Assembly: GCA_002269645.1 (NCBI GenBank)
Contig: NIVC01003984.1
Location: 2,445-66,444, forward strand
DNA from: Macrostomum lignano
Lineage: Eukaryota
DNA: 64,000 bases
Direction of reading: 5' to 3'
Below the pieces are notes generated by a model, which made no database searches, was not told the origin of the DNA, and saw nothing but the letters and a program-made list of their open reading frames with translations. The position numbers and the translations under genes were made by a program. This document shows, one piece after another, positions 24,487 to 36,429 of this stretch; the stretch's first letter is position 1; each line of letters starts with the position of its first letter.

Positions 24487-27400
24487 GGTCTGTCTGTCTG
24501 TCTGTCTGTTTGTCTCTGTCTGTCTGTCTCTGTCTGCCTGTCTGTCTGTCTGTCTGTCTGTCTCTGTCTGTCTGTCTGGCTGTCTGTCTGTCTGTCTGTC
24601 TGTAAGTAAGAGCTGTAGCAACTTATCCCCCCAAAAATATCTGACTTGATATCATTGCAGACGGATTTGTTTATCGGCGGTACCAAAACTCTGCACTTTT
24701 ATTGACACATTCGCGTCGGAATGTGACGCCAGCAATAATACTACTGACAATAGTAGTAAGCCAAGTAAACATAATAATATTAAGTTTGATTTCGAAGCAT
24801 TTGACGATTTGCGTCAAGCCTTTAAACTGCGAGCAGTTGATGCGGATGAGTCCGTGAGACTGGCGCTGGTGGCGGCTCTGGACGCTTTGCCCGCTGGCTT
24901 TGAGACAGAGTTCAGGGTGAGTGTTCAGGTAGTTCAGGGTGAGTGTTCAGGTAGTTCAGGGTGAGTGTTCAGGCAGTTCAGGGTGAGTGTTCAGGCAGTT
25001 CAGGGTGAGTGTTCAGGTATTTCAGGGTGAGTGTTCAGGCAGTTCAGGGTGAGTGTTCAGGTAGTTCAGGGTGAGTGTTCAGGTATTTCAGGGTGAGTGT
25101 TCAGGTATTTCAGGGTGAGTGTTCAGGTATTTCAGGGTGAGTGTTCAGGTATTTCAGGGTGAGTGTTCAGGCAGTTCAGGTGAGCGTTAAAGTAGTTCGG
25201 AATGAATTCATGCTAGAGCAGCACATAATAGTGTTAAGTAGTTTAGAGTAGAGAGAGAATTTGAGCAGTTCAGTGTAGATTTGAGCAGTTCAGGTAGATT
25301 TGAGCAGTTTAGGTAGATTTGAGCAGTTCAGGTAGATTTGAGCAGTTCAGTGTAGATTTGAGCAGTTCAGGTAGATTTGAGCAGTTCAAGGTAGAATTGA
25401 GCAGTTCAGTGTAGATTTGAGCAGTTCAGGTAGATTTGAGCAGTTCAGTTTAGATTTGAGCAGTTCATGTAGATTTGAGCAGTTCAAGGTAGATTTGAGC
25501 AGTTCAGGTAGATTTGAGCAGGTCAGTGTAGATTTGAGCAGTTCAAGGTAGATTTGAGCAGGTCAGTGTAGATTTGAGCAGTTCAGTGTAGAATTGAGCA
25601 GTTCAAGGTAGATTTGAGCAGTTCAAGGTAGATTTGAGCATTTCAGTGTAGATTTGAGCAGGTCAGTGTAGATTTGAGCAGTTAAAGGTAGAATTAAGCA
25701 TTTCAGGTAGATTTGAGCAGTTCCGTGTGGATTTTAGCACTTCAGGTAGATTTGAGCAGTTCAAGGTAGATTTGAGCAGAGTAGTACCTCACTTTCCTCA
25801 TCATACTTTTTATTATATCCACCAGACAAGTATAATGGCGGCTCGTTCTCGCGACCTGTCGTCCCGGGTTCGAATCCGGGCCTTATCCTCCCTGGCCAGC
25901 CTGTCGGTAGCAGCCGGGCCGGCAGCTGGGGGTTCCGCGATCGGCAGCTTCATCGAAGACTCCCAGTTGAGTCACGTGAACGCCGCAGCCAGCGCTTTGA
26001 TGTCCGCCTATCGACTGCATCCGATTGAGGTTGAGCGACATCTCGCCGACCTGTTAACGGTTGCTAGCCAGTCTCTGGGCGGTTATTCTCCAGCTCAGAG
26101 TCGGGCTTTCGTGTTGCTGGCTCGATGGCGAGGCTTTTTAGCGCAAGGCGCCGCTACTAAGGCTGCTGGGGCGTTTCTGCAGATGCTGAAGAGTCTGTGG
26201 CATGTGGATCAGGTGAGTTGGTTGTTTTATTGATAATGCCTTCTGACACTTGCTGTCATCCTGTCTGACACTTGCTGTCATCCTGTCTGACACTTGCTGT
26301 CATCCTGTCTGACACTTGCTGTCATCCTGTCTGACCCTTGCTGTCATCCTGTCTGACACTTGCTGTCATCCTGTCTGACACTTGCTGTCATCCTGTCTGA
26401 CCCTTGCTGTCATCCTGTCTGACACACTTGCTGTTATCCTATCTGACACACTTGCTGTTATCCCATCTGACACACTTGCTGTCATCCTGTCTGACCCTTG
26501 CTGTCATCCTGTCTGACACACTTGCTGTTATCCTATCTGACACACTTGCTGTTATCCCATCTGACACACTTGCTGTTATCCTATCTGACACACTTGCTGT
26601 TATCCCATCTGACACACTTGCTGTTATCCTATCTGACACACTTGCTGTTATCCCATCTGACACACTTGCTGTTATCCCATCTGACACCCTTGCTGTTATT
26701 CTATCTGACACCCTTGCTGTTATCCCATTCGACACACTTTCTGTTTCAATTGTCCTAATAAAATGACTCCAGCTATCCAGACAGACCCTGGCCTACCTGG
26801 AGTCGGCCAGCTCAGACAAATCCTCAAACTCTCAGGCGTGGCTGACCAACCGAATGCGCACCTTAGCCACTTATTTCCCTATTGAGCATCATTCCGCCAG
26901 CTATGTGCAGCAGTCGCTATTAAGTCTGCACAAACGATTGGCTAAATCAACGAAAGGAACCGAACTGCATCGGTTGTTGGCCTCTGACTGCGATTTAGAA
27001 ACTGCCAATCGATTGAGGCATCGAATTTCTATTAGTTCGGCTATCAATTCGCTGAGTAGTGATGAGAAGGCCTTGGCAACCGCTCTGTTGACTCGGCTGG
27101 GTCCGTGTCTTGTTGATAGGGCCAGTTTTGTTGCTTTGATTAGTGCGGCTGAGCCAGGATCGTTGGATGATTTACAGCTTATCAATGCTTTGATCTTTTA
27201 TCGGCCTGAGCTGTTGAACTGCGCTCAGCCTCTGCTGGGTGAGTCTAGGTTCAGGTGGCTTATTGGTAGGTTCAGGTAGCTTAATGGTAGGTTCAGGTAG
27301 CTTATTGGTAGGTTCAGGTAGCTTAATGGTAGGTTCAGGTAGCTTAATGGTAGGTTCAGGTAGCTTAATGGTAGGTTCAGGTAGCTTAATGGTAGGTTCA

Positions 27401-30400
27401 GGTAGCTTATTGGTAGGTTCAGGTAGCTTATTGGTAGGTTCAGGTAGCTTAATGGTAGGTTCAAGTAAGCTTAATGGTAGGTTCAGGTAGCTTAATGGTA
27501 GGTTCAGGTAGCTTAATGGTAGATTCAGGTAGCTGAATGGTAGGTTTGTAGCGTGCCTGAAAAATAAATGAGGCTTGAAAGCGGCGGTTCAATTATTTAT
27601 TATCGATAATCGAGATTACCGGAAAAACACTTGCTTATTAGCTGGGTTTGCCTGGTGTATATTTATAGCAAAATTAACGGTGTTCTGGAAATTTCTTTAG
27701 AATTATAACAAAGATACAACGTTATAATGTAAACTGTAGCTAATACGGATAAATGCGTTGAATAAGAATATGGCTAATAATTAAACTATAAGATATGTAA
27801 AGGTTCCGCGTAGAAATATTTTGTTATGGAAATTCGAAGAAAAATGCAGAAATTTCTTTTACTTAATTTGGAAATTTTACTCGTATAGAATGCGCGAAGG
27901 GGAAAGGAAACTTCTAGAAACTAGGTACATTGGAATAACAACGCTACAGGTTCAGGTAGCTTATTGGTAGGTTCAGGTAGCTTATTGGTAGATTCAAGTA
28001 GCTGAATGGTAGGTTCAGGTAGCTTATTGGTAGGCTCAGGTAGCTTAATGGTAGGTTCAGGTAGCTTAATGGTAGGTTCAGGTAGCTTATTGGTAGGTTC
28101 AGATAGCTTAATGGTAGGTTCAGGTAGCTTAATGGTAGGTTCAGGTAGCTTATTGGTAGGTTCAGGTAGCTTAATGGTAGGTTCAGGTAGCTTAATGGTA
28201 GGTTCAGGTAGCTTAATGGTAGGTTCAGGTTGCTTATTGGTAGGTTCAGGTAGCTTATTGGTAGGCTCAGGTAGCTTATTGGTAGATTCAAGCAGCTGAT
28301 CGCTAGCCCACATTCCATCTCAACATTGTCTCCTAGACTTGCTAGTAGCATCCCTAGACGCTGCCCCAGTGCCTGTCAATCAGTCATCAGCCAGAGCTCC
28401 CAGTCGAATCCTCTGCTGCCTTCGAATCCTGGACACATCGCTAACGTCCACCCCAGCTAGCGCAGAAATCGCTTCAAGTCCGCTGACAGAATCAATCGAA
28501 GCTCGACTCGTATCTCTGTGCCAATCCGAGGAATCGCTAGTCTCTAAGGCGGCTATTGGTTGCTTAGCAACGCTAACGGCTTTCTCATCGTCTACTCAGA
28601 AGTCGAACAGTCCGAATATTGCTTGGCTAGCAGAAGCTGCTCTGACGGCCGATTGGAAGTCGGGCGCGAGTCGGGAAAATCCGATTCGATTGTTGGATGC
28701 GTTCGGCCATTTGATGAAGTCTCCATTGGCTGAGAGGCTGGGTCTGCTGCAGATGGATCGGATTGGGAAGTTCCTGACTAACGAGCTGCTGCCCCTCATT
28801 GTTAAAGGCGTTGTAGCAACTGGTGCTGCAGTTCAAGACGCCCAGAAGTCTGCTAGAATGGATCTGACAGCTTGGACACCTTGGGAGAAATTGTCTGACA
28901 ATACCAGATTGCGTTTGGCTGCGATCAAGTGTCTGACTAGGTGTCTGGCTGGCCTGAGACTGGTGAGGAGGATTTCGTTTGGTGTTTTTGGGTGTGAAGA
29001 GGTTTAAAGAGGGTAGGAGAGGGTGAGAAAGGGTAGGAGAGGGTGGTAGAGGGTAGGAGAGGGTGAGAGAGGGTAGGAGAAGGTGAGAGTGGGTAGGAGA
29101 GGGTGAGAGAGGGTAGGAGAAGGTGAGAGAGGGTAGGAGAGGGTGAGAGAGGGTGAGAGAGGGTAGGAGAGGGTGAGAGAGGGTAGGAGAGGGTGAGAGA
29201 GGGTAGGAGAGGGTGAGAGAGGGTAGGAGAGGGTGAGAGAGGGTAGGAGAAGGTGAGAGAGGGTAGGAGAGGGTGAGAGAGGGTAAGAGAGGGTAGGAGA
29301 GGGTGAGAGAGAGTAGGAAAGAGTGAAAGAGGGTAGGGAAGAGTGAGAGAGGGTAGGGAAGAGTGAGAGAGGGTAGAGAAGAGTGAGAGAGGGTAGAGAA
29401 GAGTGAGAGAGGGTAGAGAAGAGTGAGAGAGGGTAGGAAAGAGTGAAAGAGGGTAGGAAAAAGTGAAAGAGGGTAGGGAAGAGTGAGAGAGGGTAGGGAA
29501 GAGTGAGAGAGGGTAGGGAAAAGTGAAAGAGGGTAGGGAAGAGTGAAAGAGGGTAGGGAAGAGTGAGAGAGGGTAGGGAAGAGTGAGAGAGGGTAGAGAA
29601 GAGTGAGAGAGGGTAGGGAAGAGTGAAAGAGGGTAGGGAAGAGTGAGAGAGGGTAGGGAAGAGTGAGAGAGGGTAGAGAAGAGTGAGAGAGGGTAGGGAA
29701 GAGTGAGAGAGGGTAGAGAAGAGTGAGAGAGGGTAGAGAAGAGTGAGAGAGGGTAGAGAAGAGTGAGAGAGGGTAGAGAAGAGTGAGAGAGGGTAGGGAA
29801 GAGTGAAAGAGGGTAGGAAAAAGTGAAAGAGGGTAGGGAAGAGTGAGAGAGGGTAGGGAAGAGTGAAAGAGGGTAGGGAAAAGTGAAAGAAGGTAGGGAA
29901 GAGTGAGAGAGGGTAGGGAAGAGTGAGAGAGGGTAGAGAAGAGTGAGAGAGGGTAGAGAAGAGTGAGAGAGGGTAGAGAAGAGTGAGAGAGGGTAGAGAA
30001 GAGTGAGAGAGGGTAGGGAAGAGTGAAAGAGGGTAGGAAAAAGTGAAAGAGGGTAGGGAAGAGTGAGAGAGGGTAGGGAAGAGTGAAAGAGGGTAGGGAA
30101 AAGTGAAAGAGGGTAGGGAAGAGTGAGAGAGGGTAGGGAAGAGTGAGAGAGGGTAGGGAAGAGTGAGAGAGGGTAGAGAAGAGTGAGAGAGGGTAGGGAA
30201 AAGTGAGAGAGGGTAGGGAAGAGTGAGAGAGGGTAGGGAAGAGTGAGAGAGGGTAGAGAAGAGTGAGAGAGGGTAGAGAAGAGTGAGAGAGGGTAGGGAA
30301 GAGTGAGAGAGGGTAGAGAAGAGTGAGAGAGGGTAGAGAAGAGTGAGAGAGGGTAGGGAAGAGTGAGAGAGGATAGGGAAGAGTGAGAGAGGGTAGGGAA

Positions 30401-32894
30401 GAGTGAGAGAGGGTAGGAAAATGGCAAAAACGAGTGAGAGAATGTTGGTGAGAATGGGAACTATCTAGCGAGAGTGAGAGGGTAGAAAAGAGTCAATCAG
30501 TGCCTTCAGGGGTAAAACAGTAGGAGAGGTGAAGACAGTACAACCAAGAAACAAAGGGTCGCATATTTCCCCAATGCGAAATGCCGTTCAATCGCAAACC
30601 AGGCCCCTGAGGAAGAGTTCGCCGACTCTCAAGATGCAGCCAACTGGGACGCAGTTGTCTCCCAGTCTATCGACGCCCTCCACTCGCTGCTTCTCGCCGA
30701 TGGTCAGCCTGACATCGCCATTGAAGCCACTCCGTCTGGCGACCTCAGTCAGCTGCGACTGACAGCGGCTGGCCGGCTGATCGGCCTGACCCGGCACCGG
30801 GCTTATCAGCGCCGGCTGACGCGACCTGACCTGCTGCAGGCGCTGCTGTACACAGCCGCCTGCGATCCGTGCCCGACTGTGCGACGTCGGCTGCTGCTGT
30901 CGAAGCTGCACAGCGGGCTGGCGCGTCTGCGACTGCCGAACGACTTTTTAGCAGCGTACGCCTTCGTCACCGAGGCGGCTGGCGGCGGCAAAGACAGCGA
31001 CTTTCAGCGGCTGGCCTGCGCCAGTCTGCGGCGGGTTGTGGCTAAACGGCGGCAGTTTATGGCCGCGAATTGGGATCAGGTAGGGTTTTGTGATGGCCTG
31101 CACTCCCAGATCCTCAGTTGCTAGGCCAGCCTCCCAGATCCTCAGTTGCTAGGCCAGCCTCCCAGATCCCCAGTTGCTAGGCCAGCCTCCCAGATCCTCA
31201 GTTGCTAGGCCAGCCTCCCAGATCCTCAGTTGCTGGGCCACCAGCCTTTCAGATCTTCAGTTGCTGGGCCACCAGCCTTTCAGATCCCCAGTTGCTGAGC
31301 CACCAGCCTCCCAGATCCTCAGTTGCTAGGCCAGCCTCCCAGATCCCCAGTTGCTAGGCCAGCCTCCCAGATCCTCAGTTGCTAGGCCAGCCTCCCAGAT
31401 CCTCAGTTGCTGGGCCACCAGCCTTTCAGATCTTCAGTTGCTGGGCCACCAGCCTTTCAGATCCCCAGTTGCTGAGCCACCAGCCTCCCAGATCCTCAGT
31501 TGCTTGGCCACCAGCCTCCCAGATTCCCAGTTGCTGGGCCACCAGCCTTTCAGATCCCCAGTTGCTAGGCCACCAGCCTTTCAGATCCCCAGTTGCTAGG
31601 CCACCAGCCTTTCAGATCCCCAGTTGCTAGGCCACCACCCTTTCAGATCCCCAGTTGCTAGGCCACCAGCCTTTCAGATCCCCAGTTGCTAGGCCACCAG
31701 CCTTTCAGATCCCCAGTTGCTAGGCCACCAGCCTTTCAGATCCCCAGTTGCTAGGCCACCAGCCTTTCAGATCCACAGTTGCTAGGCCACCAGCCTTTCA
31801 GATCTAATACCCAAGGCACAGAGGCGTTTTTGGGGGTCGGCGGGATGTGGATGACTTCCCAGAAACCAAAATTTATCCCTTCCCTCTCTCCCAACACAGG
31901 TGTCGCAGGACAGTCGCCTGTTTTACTCCCTGCTGCCTGAGGCCTGCCTGTCCACAGCGGTGCACCTGTGGGCGGGCGATCCGGACTTCCGGGAACCGTC
32001 GGACTCGCGGCTGCTGGCGAGACCGCTGGCAGGAATGCGACTCCTGCTGCGGCAGCTGCTTGCCTCTAGTAGCAATGTTGGCAAAGGTTTGGACCTCAAT
32101 GTGAATCTCAGCCAGTCTAAGTGTGAATCTCAGCCAGTCTAAGTGTGAATCTCAGCCATTCTAAATGTGAATCTCAGCCAGTCTAAGTGTGAATCTCAGC
32201 CATTCTAAATGTGAATCTCAGCCAGTCTAAGTGTGAATCTCAGCCAGTCTAAGTGTGAATCTCAGCCATTCTAAATGTGAATCTCAGCCAGTCTAAGTGT
32301 GAATCTCAGCCAGTCTGAGAGTGAATCTCATCCAGTCTAAGAGAAAATCTGATTCAGTCTAAGCGTGAATCTCATCCTGCCTGTTCCTCAGCCTCCCTCA
32401 GCGGCGGCAGTCTGTTCACCTGGATCAGGCGCCTGCTAGAAAAGATTCGCTCCTCTCGCGACGCCCGATCGCCCGACAACGACGCGGCAGCCGGTCGAAT
32501 CCGAGCCGTGGCCGACCTGACCTTCGGCCTGCTGGTCACCCTGTCCTCAAAGTTCGTGGACGCTCAACTACCATTCGAACCGCAGCTGCCCAAGAAGCTG
32601 TACTGCTTCCAATCTGGCGGATTATTGAAAGCCAATAATTACCCAGAGTTTTCCAGCTTGCCGGCAGACTTCCGGTTCCGGCAGCCGCGAAATCGGCAAG
32701 CCTTGGATAGCGGACTGATTCCGGCTAGTCGCGTAGCGGTCTCCAATCCAGATGCCAGGCTGCTGGCGTCCATGGCTGGTCGGAGAAGGAAATCCGACGG
32801 AGATAATTCCATAATTTCGTCTGAGGAGGAGGAGGAGGATTTGCAGGAGCCCCAAGTGGACAAGCGGCCACGGCAGAGGAGGAGCTGCCGCTAA
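22006..32894 (+). CDS. PDS5: PDS5 cohesin-associated HEAT-repeat protein, 10 exons, about 1356 aa
   Basis: Exons 22006-22385, 22902-23389, 23977-24277, 24661-24916, 25826-26212, 26773-27238, 28337-28962, 30603-31079, 31900-32086, 32392-32894. All introns are GT-AG with matching phases; total 4071 nt. PDS5 motifs: [80 protein letters not shown]. Confidence 0.85.
22470..22760. repeat. Degenerate about 32-bp tandem repeat in PDS5 intron 1
   Basis: Recurrent ATCTACTCCTATTCTAA..GAATCTACC units. Confidence 0.65.
23460..23823 (-). mobile_element. tRNA-derived SINE in PDS5 intron 2 (antisense)
   Basis: The minus strand starts GGGCCGTAGCCCAGTGG (A box)...GGCTCGATTCC (B box) and continues into about 300 nt of non-tRNA body. 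The 3' end is approximate. Confidence 0.6.
24290..24602. repeat. (TGTC)n microsatellite in PDS5 intron 3
   Basis: Read directly from the sequence. Confidence 0.97.
24911..25186. repeat. 22-bp array (TTCAGGGTGAGTGTTCAGGTAG)x12 spanning the exon 4 donor of PDS5
   Basis: The first unit starts inside exon 4 and contains the real 5' splice site. Confidence 0.95.
25255..25779. repeat. 19-20-bp array (GTAGATTTGAGCAGTTCAG/AG)n in PDS5 intron 4
   Basis: Read directly from the sequence. Confidence 0.95.
26240..26737. repeat. 22/24-bp array (CTGACACTTGCTGTCATCCTGT)n in PDS5 intron 5
   Basis: Read directly from the sequence. Confidence 0.95.
27246..28297. repeat. 21-bp array (GGTAGGTTCAGGTAGCTTAAT)n in PDS5 intron 6, split by an insertion
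   Basis: Two blocks, 27246-27546 and 27949-28297. Confidence 0.95.
27547..27948. mobile_element. Solo LTR (402 bp) inserted in the intron 6 array
   Basis: Termini TGTAGCGT...ACGCTACA (perfect 8-bp inverted repeat, TG..CA). 4-bp TSD GGTT at 27543-27546 and 27949-27952. AT-rich unique interior. Confidence 0.72.
29008..30420. repeat. GA-rich 18-20-bp array (GAGTGAGAGAGGGTAGGGAA)n in PDS5 intron 7
   Basis: Read directly from the sequence. Confidence 0.95.
31105..31803. repeat. 28-31-bp array (CCAGCCTTTCAGATCCCCAGTTGCTAGGCCA)n in PDS5 intron 8
   Basis: Read directly from the sequence. Confidence 0.95.
32100..32372. repeat. 22-bp array (GTGAATCTCAGCCAGTCTAAGT)n in PDS5 intron 9
   Basis: Read directly from the sequence. 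Confidence 0.95.
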
Positions 32895-33024
32895 ATTAAA
32901 GACGTCTCGCAGAAATAAATTGCTTTCTTTGGCGGAAAGTTCAAGGACTCGGGACAGCGTTCACTTTCTTAGAGAATACTTTTTTGAAGGCAGGCATTTT
33001 ATTTATTAATGATAGTGAAGTTTG

Positions 33025-34350
33025 GGATTTGTGACGTTTGGGATTTGTGACGTTTGGGATTTGTGACGTTTGGGATTTGTGAAGAATTGGATTTGTGAAG
33101 AATGGGATTTGTGACGAATTGGATTTGTGAAGAATGGGATTTGTGACGAATGGGATTTGAGAAGAATGGGATTTGAGAAAAATTGGATTTGTGAAGAATG
33201 GGATTTGTGAAGAATGGGATTTGAGAAGAATGGGATTTGTGAAGTTTAGGATTTGTGTAGTTTGGGGTTTGTGAAGTTTGGGGTTTGTGAAGTTTAGGAT
33301 TTGTGTAGTTTGGGGTTTGTGAAGTTTAGGGTTTGTGAAGTTTAGGATTTGTGTAGTTTGAGGTTTGTGAAGTTTGGGGTTTGTGAAGTTTAGGATTTGT
33401 GTAGTTTGGGGTTTGTGAAGTTTTGGATTTGTGAAGAATGGGATTTGTGACGAATAGGATTTGTGAAGTTTGGGATTTTTAAAGAATGGGATTTGTGAAG
33501 TTTAGGATTTTTAAAGAATTGGATTTGTGAAGTTTAGGATTTGTGTAGTTTGGGGTTTGTGAAGTTTGGGGTTTGTGAAGCTTTGGGTTTGTGAAGAATG
33601 GGATTTGTGAAGAATTGGATTTGTGACAAATGGGATTTGTGACGAATGGGATTTTTAAAGAATGGGATTTGTGAAGAATGGGATTTGTGAAGTTTGGGAT
33701 TTGTGAAGAATGGGATTTGTGAAGAATGGGATTTGTGAAGTTTGGGATTTGTGAGGTTTGGGATTTGTGAAGAATTGGATTTGTGAAGTTTGGGATGTGT
33801 GAAGAATGGGATTTGTGAAGTTTGGGATGTGTGAAGAATTGGATTTGTGAAGAATGGGATTTGTGAAGAATTGAATTTGTGAAGTTTAGGATTTTTATAG
33901 AATAGGATTTGTGAAGAATGGGATTTGTGAAGTTTGGGATTTGTGAAGTTTGGGATTTGTGAAGAATTGGATTTTTGAAGTTTGGGATGTGTGAAGAATG
34001 GGATTTGTGAAGTTTGGCATGTGTGAAGAATTGGATTTGTGAAGAATGGGATGTGTGAAGAATTGAATTTGTGAAGAATGGGATTTGTGAAGAATGGGAT
34101 TTGTGAAGAATTGAATTTGTGAAGTTTAGGATTTGTGAAGTTTAGGATTTGTGAAGTTTGGGATTTGTGAAGTTTGGGATTTGTGAAGTTTGGGATTTTA
34201 ATAGAATGGGATTTGTGAAGAATGGGATTTGTGAAGAATGGGATTTGTAAAGTTTGGGATGTGTGAAGAATGTGATTTGTGAAGTTTGGGATGTGTGAAG
34301 AATGGGATTTGTGAAGAAAGGAATTTGTGAAGAAAAGGATTAGTGAAGTT
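33025..34350. repeat. 16-bp array (GATTTGTGAAGAATGG / GATTTGTGAAGTTTGG)n downstream of the PDS5 stop
   Basis: Read directly from the sequence. Confidence 0.95.
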
Positions 34351-34659
34351 TTTACCCAATATTAATACCTTACAAAAGACTGTCAAGGCCAAGGGAGCTG
34401 AATGCATGCCCCATACTATTTGAGTCGCTATTTCTTAATTATAAATTTGAAAAAGAAACTGTTATAATTGCTATTGTCTGTTTTTGCCAAAATTAGACAC
34501 TAGATTTGTTTTTCAGCAGATTTTTTATATAGCTTTTTCTGTTAAACTAGATTCTTTTGAGTTATGATTTTTTAATTTATATTTCTATCTAATAAATAAT
34601 AAGTTTTTTCGTTTTTTGTTAGTTTTTTGCTTCTTTCTGGTTTATTTAATATCTGCCTC

Positions 34660-35535
34660 TGCCTCTCTCCCCCACTGTACTCTCTGGCTGCCACCCCTGC
34701 ATCTCTCCCCCACTGTATTCTCTGACTGCCACCCCTGCCCCTCTCCCCCACTGTACTCTCTGACTACCCCTGCCTCTCTCCCCCACTGAACTCTCTGGCT
34801 GCCACCCCTGCCCCTCTCCCCACTGTACTCTCTGACTGCCACCCCTGCCTCTCTCCCCCACTGTACTCTCTGACTGCCACCCCTGCCCCTCTCCCCCACT
34901 GTACTCTCTGACTACCCCTGCCTCTCTCCCCCACTGAACTCTCTGGCTGCCACCCCTGCCCCTCTCCTCACTGTACTCTCTGACTACCACCCCTGCCTCT
35001 CTCTCCCACTGTACTCTCTGGCTGCCACCCCTTCCCGTCTCCCACTGTACTCTCTGGCTGCCACCCCTTCCCGTCCCCCACTGTACTCTCTGGCTGCCAC
35101 CCCTTCCCGTCCCCCACTGTACTCTCTGGCTGCCACCCCTGCCTCTCTCCCCCACTGTACTCTCTGGCTCACCTCTTCCCGTCTCCCACTGTACTCTCTG
35201 GCTCACCTCTTCCCGTCTCCCACTGTAATCTCTGGCTGCCACCTCTTCCCGTCTCCCACTGTACTCTCTGGCTGCCACCCCTTCCCGTCCCCCACTGTAC
35301 TCTCTGGCTGCCACCCCTTCCCGTCCCCCACTGTACTCTCTGGCTGCCACCCCTTCCCGTCCCCCACTGTACTCTCTGGCTGCCACCCCTTCCCGTCCCC
35401 CACTGTACTCTCTGGCTGCCACCCCTTCCCGTCCCCCACTGTACTCTCTGGCTGCCACCTCTTACCGTCTCCCACTGTTCTCTCTGGCTGCCACCCCTTC
35501 CCGTCCCCCACTGAACTCTCTGGCTGCCACCTCTG
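34660..35535. repeat. 35-37-bp array (CCCACTGTACTCTCTGGCTGCCACCCCTTCCCGTC)n
   Basis: Read directly from the sequence. Confidence 0.95.
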
Positions 35536-36429
35536 CCCCTCTCGCTCAGAGAGCAAGTTCTTTGTTATTTATTTGAAGCTATTTTGGCTTCATCAGCAGG
35601 CATTTGTCTTCTTTGTTGTTTTTTCTCCAAAAAGTATTTATTTTTAGCGTTCTGGAGATGAATAAAGTAATGATTAAAATACCTTTTTATTAGATTAAAA
35701 TAATAATATAAGTCCTGCATTTTAATCTCTGTGAAAAGTTGATTTCGAAGAACTTTTGTAATTTCTTCGTTGATTTATAAAAGATCGATTTGTTTTACTC
35801 TAAGTGTGACCGTCGCTTTCTAATTTTAGAACCGGCGCAAATTGAAGTTACGTAACTTGGTGTACATACAAGCCAATTATTCTAGTCGTCAGTCAGTCAC
35901 GTGACTTACTACTGTACAATGTACATTCTCCCCAGCCTTAGCAGCCATTGAATAGTTTACTAACAAAGAATTAAATAACTATATTTATATATGTAAATAT
36001 ATCGCGCAAAAACTACTTTTAGCTGCGGAGTCCAGTAGTGCATCGAGGATAATAATGATTATTGCTGTATTTCGAATGGTAAAATTAGGTTTAGAAGTAC
36101 AAACAGTAGCTGGTACTTTGGGGCGTTTTATTCTGATTGATCGAGACACAATGCGCTAATTCTGCGGCGTATGGGATACAAAGAGTAGAGGTAGGATTAG
36201 GCTTCAATAAAAGTGCCTTCTATAGAAAACTAACACAGGAGTGGCACACTAATGCTGACTGCGAAACTGAAATCTGAAACACAATCTGGTTGATAAGATT
36301 GAATTCCTCCCCTGACTTGCCCTTGGTGTCCGCTTTTTTAATCCTTCATTCCTCCCTGCCACTTTTGCCATTGAAATCCACCTGCTGCTCTTCATTTTCT
36401 CAACTCACTCCATCTGGCTAAGCTTCCCT

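Noticed and set aside
28937-30427. 496-aa ORF and similar long ORFs (6350-7066, 9453-10604, 11013-11942, 34646-35458, 37747-38832, 44492-45842, 46424-47183, 51301-52295)
   Set aside because: They are translations of tandem arrays whose unit lacks a stop codon on one strand, and they are often open in several frames at once. Most lie in introns of recognisable genes.
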